The notes beneath the pieces were generated by a model that was not told the DNA's origin, ran no database searches, and saw only the letters and a program-made list of their open reading frames with translations. This document shows, piece by piece, positions 38,700 to 46,463 of a stretch of DNA of 64,000 nucleotides. Position 1 is the stretch's first letter; every line of letters begins with the position of its first letter. This DNA is from a virus. A program made the position numbers and the translations under genes. The stretch lies in IMG/VR virus record IMGVR_UViG_3300031417_000380. One strand, given 5' to 3'.

Positions 38700-38993
38700 A
38701 TGGACACCGAACTCCGCACTCGAGCTGAGCACACGCTCCGCTCTATCGACCTGGTCTTTCACCAGGGCATGAACATCGCTCCCGCCGCACTCGAGCAGCA
38801 CCGCAGAGAGACGCAGGAAACGCTCACCGCACTCTCTGCTCACGTCACTGATGTCCCGCTCAAGAGCAAGCTTCAGGCCGCACACGATTCGATCGAACGT
38901 GTCTACGCCGTCACAGCTGACTCGCATCGAGGCTTACTCACCGCAGTGCTCATCGGTGCGGGGAGCACCATCCGTCGCGCTCTAGCTGCGTAA
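38700..38993 (+). CDS. Small helical protein, paralog of 39969..40259
   Basis: TRAEHTLRSIDLVFHQG ... RGLLTAVLIGAGSTIR. Confidence 0.82.
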   Translation: MDTELRTRAEHTLRSIDLVFHQGMNIAPAALEQHRRETQETLTALSAHVTDVPLKSKLQAAHDSIERVYAVTADSHRGLLTAVLIGAGSTIRRALAA

Positions 38994-39073
38994 CCGGTCA
39001 TTCGAGCGTCTTCGCGAAATCAGCGAGAAGCATCGCTGCTGATTCGAGTAGCCTCTTCGATCACTCTCAAAAC

Positions 39074-39122
39074 TCTAGCCCCGCCACACGAAGGATAGTG
39101 TAGCGGGGCTAGAAGTAAGAGC
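39074..39122 (+). terminator. Cassette hairpin with purine-rich tail
   Basis: TCTAGCCCCGCCACAC/GTGTAGCGGGGCTAGA, tail AGTAAGAGC. Confidence 0.6.
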
Positions 39123-39123
39123 G

Positions 39124-39483
39124 TTAACGCTTGAAGCCGTGAAGCGGAACAATAACTACAGAGTAGGAGTTAGGACCGTAACCTGAGTCACCAAACTGAA
39201 GCTGTAACCCCGATGATACAGGATAGCTCGTGGCCGGTCGTGCGAACTCAGCTTTAAACTTCACCAGCTCATCCGGATTAGCGATTGAGCGGCGAGTCAC
39301 CATAGATAGCCGGTAACCGTTGATCGGCGTCGGATCCGCAAGGATGCCACGAGCGTTACGCTCGGAGCCAGAGTGTGCAGTTAAAGTCAGACCGAACGGT
39401 CCGCTCCCGACGTTCTTCAACGTGATGTGAAGCAGGTTTGGATTCTCAGCATCAATCTCAGCTTTGACTAACTGCAAGCTCAT
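39124..39483 (-). CDS. Family C paralog (start corrected from 39522)
   Basis: ITLKNVGSGP ... LSMVTRRSIANPDE; GAGGG RBS. Confidence 0.82.
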   Translation of the reverse strand: MSLQLVKAEIDAENPNLLHITLKNVGSGPFGLTLTAHSGSERNARGILADPTPINGYRLSMVTRRSIANPDELVKFKAEFARPATSYPVSSGLQLQFGDSGYGPNSYSVVIVPLHGFKR

Positions 39484-39733
39484 GGTGCCCTCTTTCTCTC
39501 GACTCAATACGCGACGAGACATCCTACCGAGCGACCGACCCTCCGGCGTAACTCAGCAGCAAAGCATCGATACAGCAAGAGGCAAGACTGCTCCCCTACC
39601 GCGAACAGATACCACGGTGGGGGAGCGAGGCACTAAATCGTGCTAGAAATCAGTAGTCTTCCTCATTGCTCGTTCGTTTAATCCTCGTCAACCTGTCTTG
39701 CGTAGAGCAGCGGCACCGTGTACCATAAAGCCT

Positions 39734-39883
39734 ATGGCTAACGACATCGAATCCACAGCACCGGCAGACTGCCCATTCTGCGAAGGTACTGGGCAATACT
39801 CTGAGATTGTCCGGGACGGCTTTATTCCGAAGGTGATCTCACGCGATTGCCCCAGAACCGGCCACGCGATCAAGAATAACTGA
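39734..39883 (+). CDS. Tiny protein with CxxCxGxG zinc motif
   Basis: TTGCGT-17 bp-TACCAT, 7 nt before ATG; CPFCEGTG...CPRTGH. Confidence 0.65.
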   Translation: MANDIESTAPADCPFCEGTGQYSEIVRDGFIPKVISRDCPRTGHAIKNN

Positions 39884-39925
39884 GCATCGAGTCTGCGCAT
39901 CGATTATCTGAACGTGATACGTCGG

Positions 39926-39961
39926 TTTCGTGTTGCGCTGAGCTTGCTCACGGTGTACTGT
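39926..39961 (+). promoter_or_regulatory. Cassette-type promoter
   Basis: TTTCGTG-TTGCGC-17 bp-TACTGT, 7 nt before ATG 39969. Confidence 0.7.
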
Positions 39962-39968
39962 AGGAGCC

Positions 39969-40259
39969 ATGGATAACGACACCAAGCTCACCCAGGCCGA
40001 GGCCACACTCGAGAGCATCGATCTGGTCTACCGCCAGGGAGAGTATCTCACTGACAACGACATGGAGTACTACCGCGAGCAGGTTCAGACCACGCTTACC
40101 GACCTCGCCGACGCTCAACCCGTTGGACAGCTCAAGGAAGATCTCATCGGTCGCAACGCTGTGATTGAAGAGCACTTCGCTTCCGGTGTCGCTCCCCGCG
40201 GAGTTCTCGTAGCGGTTATCATCGCCGCCGGTGGGCCTATCCGACAGGCCTCCGCCTAA
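39969..40259 (+). CDS. Small helical protein, paralog of 38700..38993
   Basis: TQAEATLESIDLVYRQG ... RGVLVAVIIAAGGPIR. Confidence 0.82.
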   Translation: MDNDTKLTQAEATLESIDLVYRQGEYLTDNDMEYYREQVQTTLTDLADAQPVGQLKEDLIGRNAVIEEHFASGVAPRGVLVAVIIAAGGPIRQASA

Positions 40260-40267
40260 GCGCATCG

Positions 40268-40317
40268 ACTTCTAGCCCGCCGATCGAATCGTTGATCGGC
40301 AGGCTAGAAGTTTGAGC
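40268..40317 (+). terminator. Cassette hairpin with purine-rich tail
   Basis: ACTTCTAGCCCGCCGATC/GATCGGCAGGCTAGAAGT, tail TTGAGC. Confidence 0.6.
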
Positions 40318-40331
40318 ATCGACCGAATAGC

Positions 40332-40436
40332 AACGGGTCGCTACAGGCCTGAGCAGCTGTCTTACAGCACGACTTGCTTTTCACGACACGTTATGCAGGC
40401 AACCGATCGAGAGGCTTAGATCGTCGTAGAGCGAAA
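40332..40436. repeat. Dispersed ~105-bp intergenic element (copy)
   Basis: Aligns with 45589-45693: GGTCGCTAC...CACGACACGTYATG..GGCAA...CTTAGA...CGTAGAGCGAAA. Confidence 0.6.
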
Positions 40437-40455
40437 CTATCCTCGATGCCGAAGC

Positions 40456-40929
40456 TTACCGGCTGTTGGCTGAAAGCGCTCCAAGAAGCTCCTGCAACAA
40501 CTCTTCCTCAACAGTGCCAAAGACCGCAACAAACGCATCCCGAACGGCTGTGACGGTGACCGACTTCTCGAGTACGAGCTTCTTGGCGGACGGTGACGAG
40601 CCCGATGCAAGCAGCTTCCGGAAACTCGCCATATCCTCAGCCACCTCGGCCTCGGTGTAGACGCCGGCGAGGATCGTCCGCGCCGCGGTGTGCAGCGAAG
40701 CTAGCTCCACCGTCAACGGAGGCTTCTCCGGAGCCTGCGCCTCGGCCAGCTCACCGAGCACCGTAAGGATAGCACGAAGCTCATCCATAGCGTCTTCGCT
40801 GTGGCGACGCCAGTTATCGTTAGCAAGCGAGAGAGCTCGAGCCACGTTGTCCTGCACGTCTCGAGAGCGAGCCTCCTCGCGGAACTCTTGCTCAAGGTCG
40901 TCATCATCAAAGTCAGCGTCAAAGGTCAT
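40456..40929 (-). CDS. Helical hypothetical protein with acidic N-terminus
   Basis: TAGAAT 5 nt before ATG; GC3 bias. Confidence 0.75.
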   Translation of the reverse strand: MTFDADFDDDDLEQEFREEARSRDVQDNVARALSLANDNWRRHSEDAMDELRAILTVLGELAEAQAPEKPPLTVELASLHTAARTILAGVYTEAEVAEDMASFRKLLASGSSPSAKKLVLEKSVTVTAVRDAFVAVFGTVEEELLQELLGALSANSR

Positions 40930-40937
40930 AAGCCATT

Positions 40938-41720
40938 CTACCGATCATCGTTGCTCGTGAACAGGATGCTCATAGCTCCCCCGGTGAGCACTGGAGCCAT
41001 GAGCGACTCCACAGCAAGCGAATCCAGAAGCTTCTCAGCTTTAGCTCGCCGGTCAGGGCTCTGCGAAACGTACGGCTTGTGCTCAGCCAGCGGCTCAAGC
41101 GGGTGCTCTGTAGCCATAAGACGCTCGGCGATGGTGACGTACCGCTCAAGGTTATCTTGGCTCCCGTCGAAGAAGAACTCATCCCGAGCGTCGAGTAACG
41201 GAGCGTAGAAAGCCTGGTTAAGCCTCTTGTAGTGAGCAGCAACCTCGAACCGATCGTCACCCTGAACCCAGTACTCGCTACCGAAGGAAGCCGCGTGAAG
41301 CTGAAGGCTGAGGTGTGTCGGCGTCAAAGCCGCAGCAGCTGAGTCGAGTCTGTTAAGCTGGATAGCGTAGGCTTCGGCTGGGAACGCCGTACAACCGATC
41401 TCCGCGGTAAGCCCCTTATTCTCAGCGAACTCCTGCACCGCCGCCAGCGTCGGGAGCAAACTCTGAAGCGAGCTAAACATGGCCTCCCGGTCCTTGAGAA
41501 TGTTCGCTGTAGCGTGCTCAGTGCTCACCGCCACGTAAACGTCACGAGCACGATTACGTAGCATGCAGAAAGCCTCCAACGTCTTAGGAGCCTCTTCCTC
41601 AAGCTTACTCAATAGCTTCCCCAGCTTCCCCGAAGCCGAGTACTGTTTCGCACGAAGATCAAGCTCATTACAGAGATAGCGAATATCTTCCACCAGGCCC
41701 GGCATCTTAGCTCTCGTCAT
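40938..41720 (-). CDS. Family A paralog
   Basis: TPTHLSLQLHA ... FYAPLLDARDEFFFDGSQDNLERYV. Confidence 0.87.
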   Translation of the reverse strand: MTRAKMPGLVEDIRYLCNELDLRAKQYSASGKLGKLLSKLEEEAPKTLEAFCMLRNRARDVYVAVSTEHATANILKDREAMFSSLQSLLPTLAAVQEFAENKGLTAEIGCTAFPAEAYAIQLNRLDSAAAALTPTHLSLQLHAASFGSEYWVQGDDRFEVAAHYKRLNQAFYAPLLDARDEFFFDGSQDNLERYVTIAERLMATEHPLEPLAEHKPYVSQSPDRRAKAEKLLDSLAVESLMAPVLTGGAMSILFTSNDDR

Positions 41721-42456
41721 GGCCCGCCTCCGTAAGACTGAGCATGAGCTCATCGCTCACAAGCTGGTCCTCTAGCTTCGTGATCGCCTCGAGCTGCTCA
41801 GGAGTTCGGTAAGCTCGTTCGTACGGGACGCCGTCCACCGACGGAGGTGGAGTGTTCTCGAAACGCTCGGCGACGGCAAGATACTTCCTCAATGACTCCG
41901 CCGTCGAGTCCTCGAAGAACACATCACGCGCCGCCGCCAGCGGGTAATAGAAAGCTCTCTCCGAATCCTCGGTAGCGAGAACCTCACGAGTCAGAACGGC
42001 CGGTGTCTCGAGCTCGTAAGCCTCGTGAAGCTTGAGATAGGAGGCCTGCACTCGGCGATGGACCGGCGTCATGCTGCGTACGTCTCGTCGGATCCGATCT
42101 AGGACCTCACGCTCATCCTCAGTTGAGAAAACCAGATCATCGAACTCCTCAAGAATCCCACGTTCATCAAGCTCCTGAAAGAGGATCGCAGTCGTGGTCA
42201 GGAGCTCGCTGATCGAATCCATGACCTCATCGCTCTTGAGGAGTGACTTCACCGGATCGTAGTAGTCGATCTGAGCTCTAATCCGATTCGAGCGGTTGAG
42301 AAGCTCCGTAACATCCACGAAGTGCTCAGGGTAGGTCTCGCAGAGAGCATCGTACAGTTCACGATACCACTGTCGAAGAGTGGAGAAGACCGGTTCTAGA
42401 GTGCTCTGCATACTAAGGAGCGTCCGGAGCTGCGGAGGGTAGCTCTCGAAAATCAT
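41707..42456 (-). CDS. Family A paralog
   Basis: TPVHRRVQASY ... FYYPLAAARDVFFEDST ... LVSDELM. Confidence 0.88.
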   Translation of the reverse strand: MIFESYPPQLRTLLSMQSTLEPVFSTLRQWYRELYDALCETYPEHFVDVTELLNRSNRIRAQIDYYDPVKSLLKSDEVMDSISELLTTTAILFQELDERGILEEFDDLVFSTEDEREVLDRIRRDVRSMTPVHRRVQASYLKLHEAYELETPAVLTREVLATEDSERAFYYPLAAARDVFFEDSTAESLRKYLAVAERFENTPPPSVDGVPYERAYRTPEQLEAITKLEDQLVSDELMLSLTEAGHDES

Positions 42457-43202
42457 CGCGCACCCTCCAGAAGCCCGAGCATGAGCTCGTCTTTAATCAG
42501 CTCATCCTCGAGCTCCGCAGAGGCTGCCAGTTGCTCAGGAGTTCGCTGGATGCGCACGTAAGCGATTCCACGTATCGACGGCGGAAGCAGCTGAGAGAGC
42601 CGTTCGGACGTAGCGAGATACTCAGCGAGTACGGCGGCTGATGGAGCCTCGAAGAACATGTCTCGGGCATCGGTCAGTGGAGTATAAAACTTCGCCTCTG
42701 TCGCCTCAGTTAGGCGAACATCCGGGGCAGTGAACAACGGGATCGAAGTACGACAGTCAGTAATACGATCAGCGTAGTGTAGCTGTACACGCCGATGGAT
42801 AGGGGTTAGTCTACTCACTGTCTCACGCACTCGCGCAAGCTTCTGACGCTCATCTTCCACAGAGAACACCATATTATCGAGCTCGCCAAGAAGCCCCATT
42901 TTTCCTAGCTCCTTGAACGCTGTCTCCATAGCTGAAAGAAGACCGTTGAAAGATTGCACCGTAGCCTCACCGTTGCTGATCAAGAACACCGTTGGATCGT
43001 CTTGATCCATTATCTTAGCGTGAACGCTACCGTTTACGACGGTAACGCTCTGTTGAACGTTCTCGAAATGCTCCGGATAAGACTCGCAGAGCATCGTGTA
43101 GAGCTGCGGATGCCACCGCTCAATCGTAGAGGTAACCGCGGCTATCTTATTCTGTAACTCAAGCATAATCCGGGTAGCCGGCGGATAGGTTGTGTCAGTC
43201 AT
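42453..43202 (-). CDS. Family A paralog
   Basis: TPIHRRVQLHY ... FYTPLTDARDMFFEAPS ... LIKDELM. Confidence 0.88.
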   Translation of the reverse strand: MTDTTYPPATRIMLELQNKIAAVTSTIERWHPQLYTMLCESYPEHFENVQQSVTVVNGSVHAKIMDQDDPTVFLISNGEATVQSFNGLLSAMETAFKELGKMGLLGELDNMVFSVEDERQKLARVRETVSRLTPIHRRVQLHYADRITDCRTSIPLFTAPDVRLTEATEAKFYTPLTDARDMFFEAPSAAVLAEYLATSERLSQLLPPSIRGIAYVRIQRTPEQLAASAELEDELIKDELMLGLLEGAR

Positions 43203-43930
43203 CTCTCAGCCTCCAAGAGCTCAAACATGAGCTCGTCGCGCACAAGCTCGGCCTCCACAGCTTCAGCACGTCGTGCCGCTTCGTCAAAGCGCTCTGCAGT
43301 TACGTCGACGTTCATTAAGAGAGGATGCTCCTTGCCAGCAAGCTCTTCAGCCGTCGCCAAATAATCACGGAGCTTCGCAACAGACGTATCTGCGAAGAAC
43401 GCATCCCGCGCCTTAGCCAGCGGAGAGTAGAACAAGCGATTTACAGTGTCGCAGATTTCTACGGTAGGCGTTAAAGCTCGCGGTCCGTAGCCATAGACCT
43501 GACTCAGGCTCGTCAGATGCAGCTGCACACGGCGATGAACCGGCGTCAGTTGAGCCACCCGTGAACGGATACTCTTGAGCTTGACCAACTCCTCAGAGAT
43601 CGGATAAGCCAAGTCACTGAGCTCCTCCGTCAAGTCTTCACGAGCGAAGAGCGGCTCCATCGCCAGCAACATGGCCTTCGTAGAGGCTATCTGTTCCTCT
43701 CCATGCTCGATAAGCGAGCGAGCAGCATCATCAAAGTACAGCCAATGCTCGGCTAACTTATGTGCTGCTTGGCTTTGCGAAAGCTTTACCAGTTGCTCAT
43801 CAAACAATTTATCCGGCGTAGCATCAAGTACCTCGCACCGCTTAACAAACCGTCTTGCCTGAAGATTGGCCTGACCGCTCACCGCAATGAACTCTCTCAG
43901 AAGAGTTGGGTACTGAAGCTCCTTAATCAC
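43199..43930 (-). CDS. Family A paralog (start corrected from 44014)
   Basis: TPVHRRVQLHL ... FYSPLAKARDAFFADTS ... LVRDELMFELL; GGAGG RBS. Confidence 0.88.
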   Translation of the reverse strand: MIKELQYPTLLREFIAVSGQANLQARRFVKRCEVLDATPDKLFDEQLVKLSQSQAAHKLAEHWLYFDDAARSLIEHGEEQIASTKAMLLAMEPLFAREDLTEELSDLAYPISEELVKLKSIRSRVAQLTPVHRRVQLHLTSLSQVYGYGPRALTPTVEICDTVNRLFYSPLAKARDAFFADTSVAKLRDYLATAEELAGKEHPLLMNVDVTAERFDEAARRAEAVEAELVRDELMFELLEAER

Positions 43931-44657
43931 GATCGGCCTCCAGAAGCTCAAACATGAGCTCATCGCGCACGAGATCAGCGTAGATCTCAGCCGCCTGCTC
44001 AACGACTTGCTCACTCCGCTTCACGTGGACACCGTCGAGGTCTCTAGCCAAGGGATGCTCAAGCTCAAGCAAATTATCCGTCGCCGAGAGGTAGCGGTTG
44101 AGCGTTTCTAGCGTAGGCTGCTCAAAGAACGCATCCCGCGCCTCCGTCAACGGACGGTAGAACGACCAGGTAACAGTGGTCCAGTAGCCGTTGTTCTCGT
44201 GCGACCGCTCTCCAAAGACGTACTCACCGACAAGCAGGGAGAGATGGCGCTGCATTCTTACGTGGACATAGGTCATCATGCTCACCCGAGAGCTAATGAA
44301 CGCAAGCTTCTTCAACTCGACCTCTGTCGAGAACCGCAGGCTCGCCAGCTCAGGGTGCAAATCAGCCTGAGCGAAGATCGGCTCCATCGCGCACAGGAGA
44401 TCTTCAAGCACAGCGATCATCTCATCGAAGTTCTCCATGAGCGACCGAGCAGCGTCATCCTGAGCAACCCACGACCCGTTTGTGTTCATCTCGCCGCGCA
44501 CATGGATATACCGTCGCAGCTGCTTATCGAACTCAACCGGGACCGCGAACCCGAACTGGTTGTGACGCCGCAGCATCCGAGTAGCGCTCGACTGCACCGT
44601 CGCTTGCACCTCGAGTAGCTCCCTCAACGGCGCCGGATAGTGAAGGTCATCGGTCAC
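43923..44657 (-). CDS. Family A paralog
   Basis: TYVHVRMQRHL ... FYRPLTEARDAFFEQPT ... LVRDELMFELL. Confidence 0.88.
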   Translation of the reverse strand: MTDDLHYPAPLRELLEVQATVQSSATRMLRRHNQFGFAVPVEFDKQLRRYIHVRGEMNTNGSWVAQDDAARSLMENFDEMIAVLEDLLCAMEPIFAQADLHPELASLRFSTEVELKKLAFISSRVSMMTYVHVRMQRHLSLLVGEYVFGERSHENNGYWTTVTWSFYRPLTEARDAFFEQPTLETLNRYLSATDNLLELEHPLARDLDGVHVKRSEQVVEQAAEIYADLVRDELMFELLEADRD

Positions 44658-44753
44658 CGTTCAAACCTACACCGTTGAACCGTTGCTCGCAACCGATTTC
44701 ACCTGCCGCGCTCTAACCGGCGAGCTACGGGATCAGTAACCGATTCTCTCGAA

Positions 44754-45518
44754 TCAGCGCTTACTGTCTAGAAGCTCAAACACGAGTTCGTCACACACAA
44801 GCTCCGCATAAAGCTCAGTCGCTTGTCCAGCAGCCCAGGCGTCTCGCTTCACGTAGACACCATCGAGTTCTTTAGCTAGCGGATGCTCAAGCCCCAAAAG
44901 AGCATCCGCCGTCGCGAGGTAGAGATTGAGCATCGGTCGCGTCGGCTCTTCGAAGAACGCATCCCGCGCCTTCGCCAGAGGCCTGTAGAACGAGCGGTTC
45001 AGGTCTTTCCACTGTTCACTCTTCTCATGACTGTTCAAAACCACCACGTACTCGCTAAAGCTCAAGACGAGATGACGCTGCATCCGCACGTGTATCGAAG
45101 TCATGGCGCTCGCCTGAGAACGAATCGCTTCGAGCTTCACCAACTCTGTATCTGTCTGGAAGCTCTGTCCAGCAAGGACCACATCGAGCTCCGGCTGAGC
45201 AAAGATCGGCTCCATAGAGCGCAACAGCCTCTCCAACGTGGAGATCATCTCGTCGCTATCCATAAGCTCTTCGACGGCGTTACCCAGCGGATACCGTTGC
45301 CCACCCCACTTCGCGTTATGCTCACCTCGAACAGCGATAAAACGTTGAGACTGCTCATCGAAGTCAGAAAAACGTCGAGACTGCTCATCGAACTCAGAAG
45401 TGATCGTAAGTCTAAGCTCATTCATGCGGCGGCGCGTACGAGAGCTTTTCGTCTGTGCTATCGCCTGTACCTCGCCCAGCCGATTCATATCCGGCGGGTA
45501 GAGAAAGTCATCCTTCAC
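44754..45518 (-). CDS. Family A paralog with internal 10-aa duplication
   Basis: TSIHVRMQRHL ... FYRPLAKARDAFFEEPT ... LVCDELVFELL. Confidence 0.88.
   Translation of the reverse strand: MKDDFLYPPDMNRLGEVQAIAQTKSSRTRRRMNELRLTITSEFDEQSRRFSDFDEQSQRFIAVRGEHNAKWGGQRYPLGNAVEELMDSDEMISTLERLLRSMEPIFAQPELDVVLAGQSFQTDTELVKLEAIRSQASAMTSIHVRMQRHLVLSFSEYVVVLNSHEKSEQWKDLNRSFYRPLAKARDAFFEEPTRPMLNLYLATADALLGLEHPLAKELDGVYVKRDAWAAGQATELYAELVCDELVFELLDSKR
45339..45398. repeat. 30-bp tandem duplication inside a family A gene
   Basis: AAAACGTYGAGACTGCTCATCGAASTCAGA x2, 28/30 identical. Confidence 0.85.
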
Positions 45519-45588
45519 TGTTCGATCTTACACCGTCGAGCAAAGACTCGCAACCGGTGATCGATCATCCATCAGGCCTTCGTAAAAA

Positions 45589-45693
45589 ACGTGGTCGCTA
45601 CGGCCGCAGGCGACAGACTCACAGTTGCTCACCGCTCACACGACACGTCATGTGGGCAAGGCGAATAGAGACTTAGACAGCCGTAGAGCGAAA
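45589..45693. repeat. Dispersed ~105-bp intergenic element (copy)
   Basis: Aligns with 40332-40436. Confidence 0.6.
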
Positions 45694-45719
45694 ATGTCTA
45701 CACCGGTTTGAGAGTGGTC

Positions 45720-46463
45720 TCAATCGGCCAACAACGCCGCCATGAGCGAAGCCACCGCAAGCTGATCGAACGCTGCCGCCGCTCGATCAGTCTGAGAAGG
45801 ACTCCAGCGAGGCCCCGGCTCAAGTCTCAAGAACTGTGCAAGAGGATTCTCAGGAGCGTTCAATCGATGAGCGATGGCCACGTACTGCTCAAGATACTCC
45901 GACGACGGCTCTAGGAAGAAACGATCACGGTACTCAAACAGAGGCGCGTAAAACTCCTCAATCGGTCGATTGGCCGCCAGCTTCTCGGCCGGAGAAGAGC
46001 CCACCGCGGTGAAACGGTACTCATGATAGACCGACCAGACATGCGTCTGCATAGCAGTGTGAGCAACCGTCCAACCGGCCACCGCCTGCTCGACAGATGT
46101 GAGCCGGTTCTCGTAGCCTTCGAACGGATTGCTTCCCCAACGCTGCTCAGTGCTCAGACTCTTCCGCTTCGTAAACGTCTCCACAAGCCTGAGCATCTCG
46201 ACGAAGCTTCGCAGATCGAAGAGAAGCTTCGGCCGAGCAATCAAGTTCTCAACAGCGGCGTCCCGAACAAGAGCCTGGCGACAAAGATTCATCGCCTCGA
46301 TGAGCCTTCCGTACTCAGCGCGGGTCATAGTACCTGAGTCCAGGAACGACTGAAAGATCGCCGGTCTCTCCCAGAGGGCCTCATCGTGAGCCTCGAGAGC
46401 ATCACACAGTTCAAGCAGATCGCGCACCTGCGGCGCCATCACCGACGGATAGGTCATCGTCAA
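45720..46463 (-). CDS. Family A paralog
   Basis: TVAHTAMQTHV ... FYAPLFEYRDRFFLEPSSEYLEQYV. Confidence 0.88.
   Translation of the reverse strand: MTMTYPSVMAPQVRDLLELCDALEAHDEALWERPAIFQSFLDSGTMTRAEYGRLIEAMNLCRQALVRDAAVENLIARPKLLFDLRSFVEMLRLVETFTKRKSLSTEQRWGSNPFEGYENRLTSVEQAVAGWTVAHTAMQTHVWSVYHEYRFTAVGSSPAEKLAANRPIEEFYAPLFEYRDRFFLEPSSEYLEQYVAIAHRLNAPENPLAQFLRLEPGPRWSPSQTDRAAAAFDQLAVASLMAALLAD

Noticed and set aside
39490-39670. Possible small membrane-protein gene upstream of the 39124 family C gene
   Set aside because: Hydrophobic fragments are split across frames with early stops; too degraded to call.
1336-40317. Hairpins as canonical integron attC sites
   Set aside because: No consistent RYYYAAC/GTTRRRY ends or extrahelical-base pattern, cassettes have their own promoters, and there is no integron integrase in the window. 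Kept only as an analogy.
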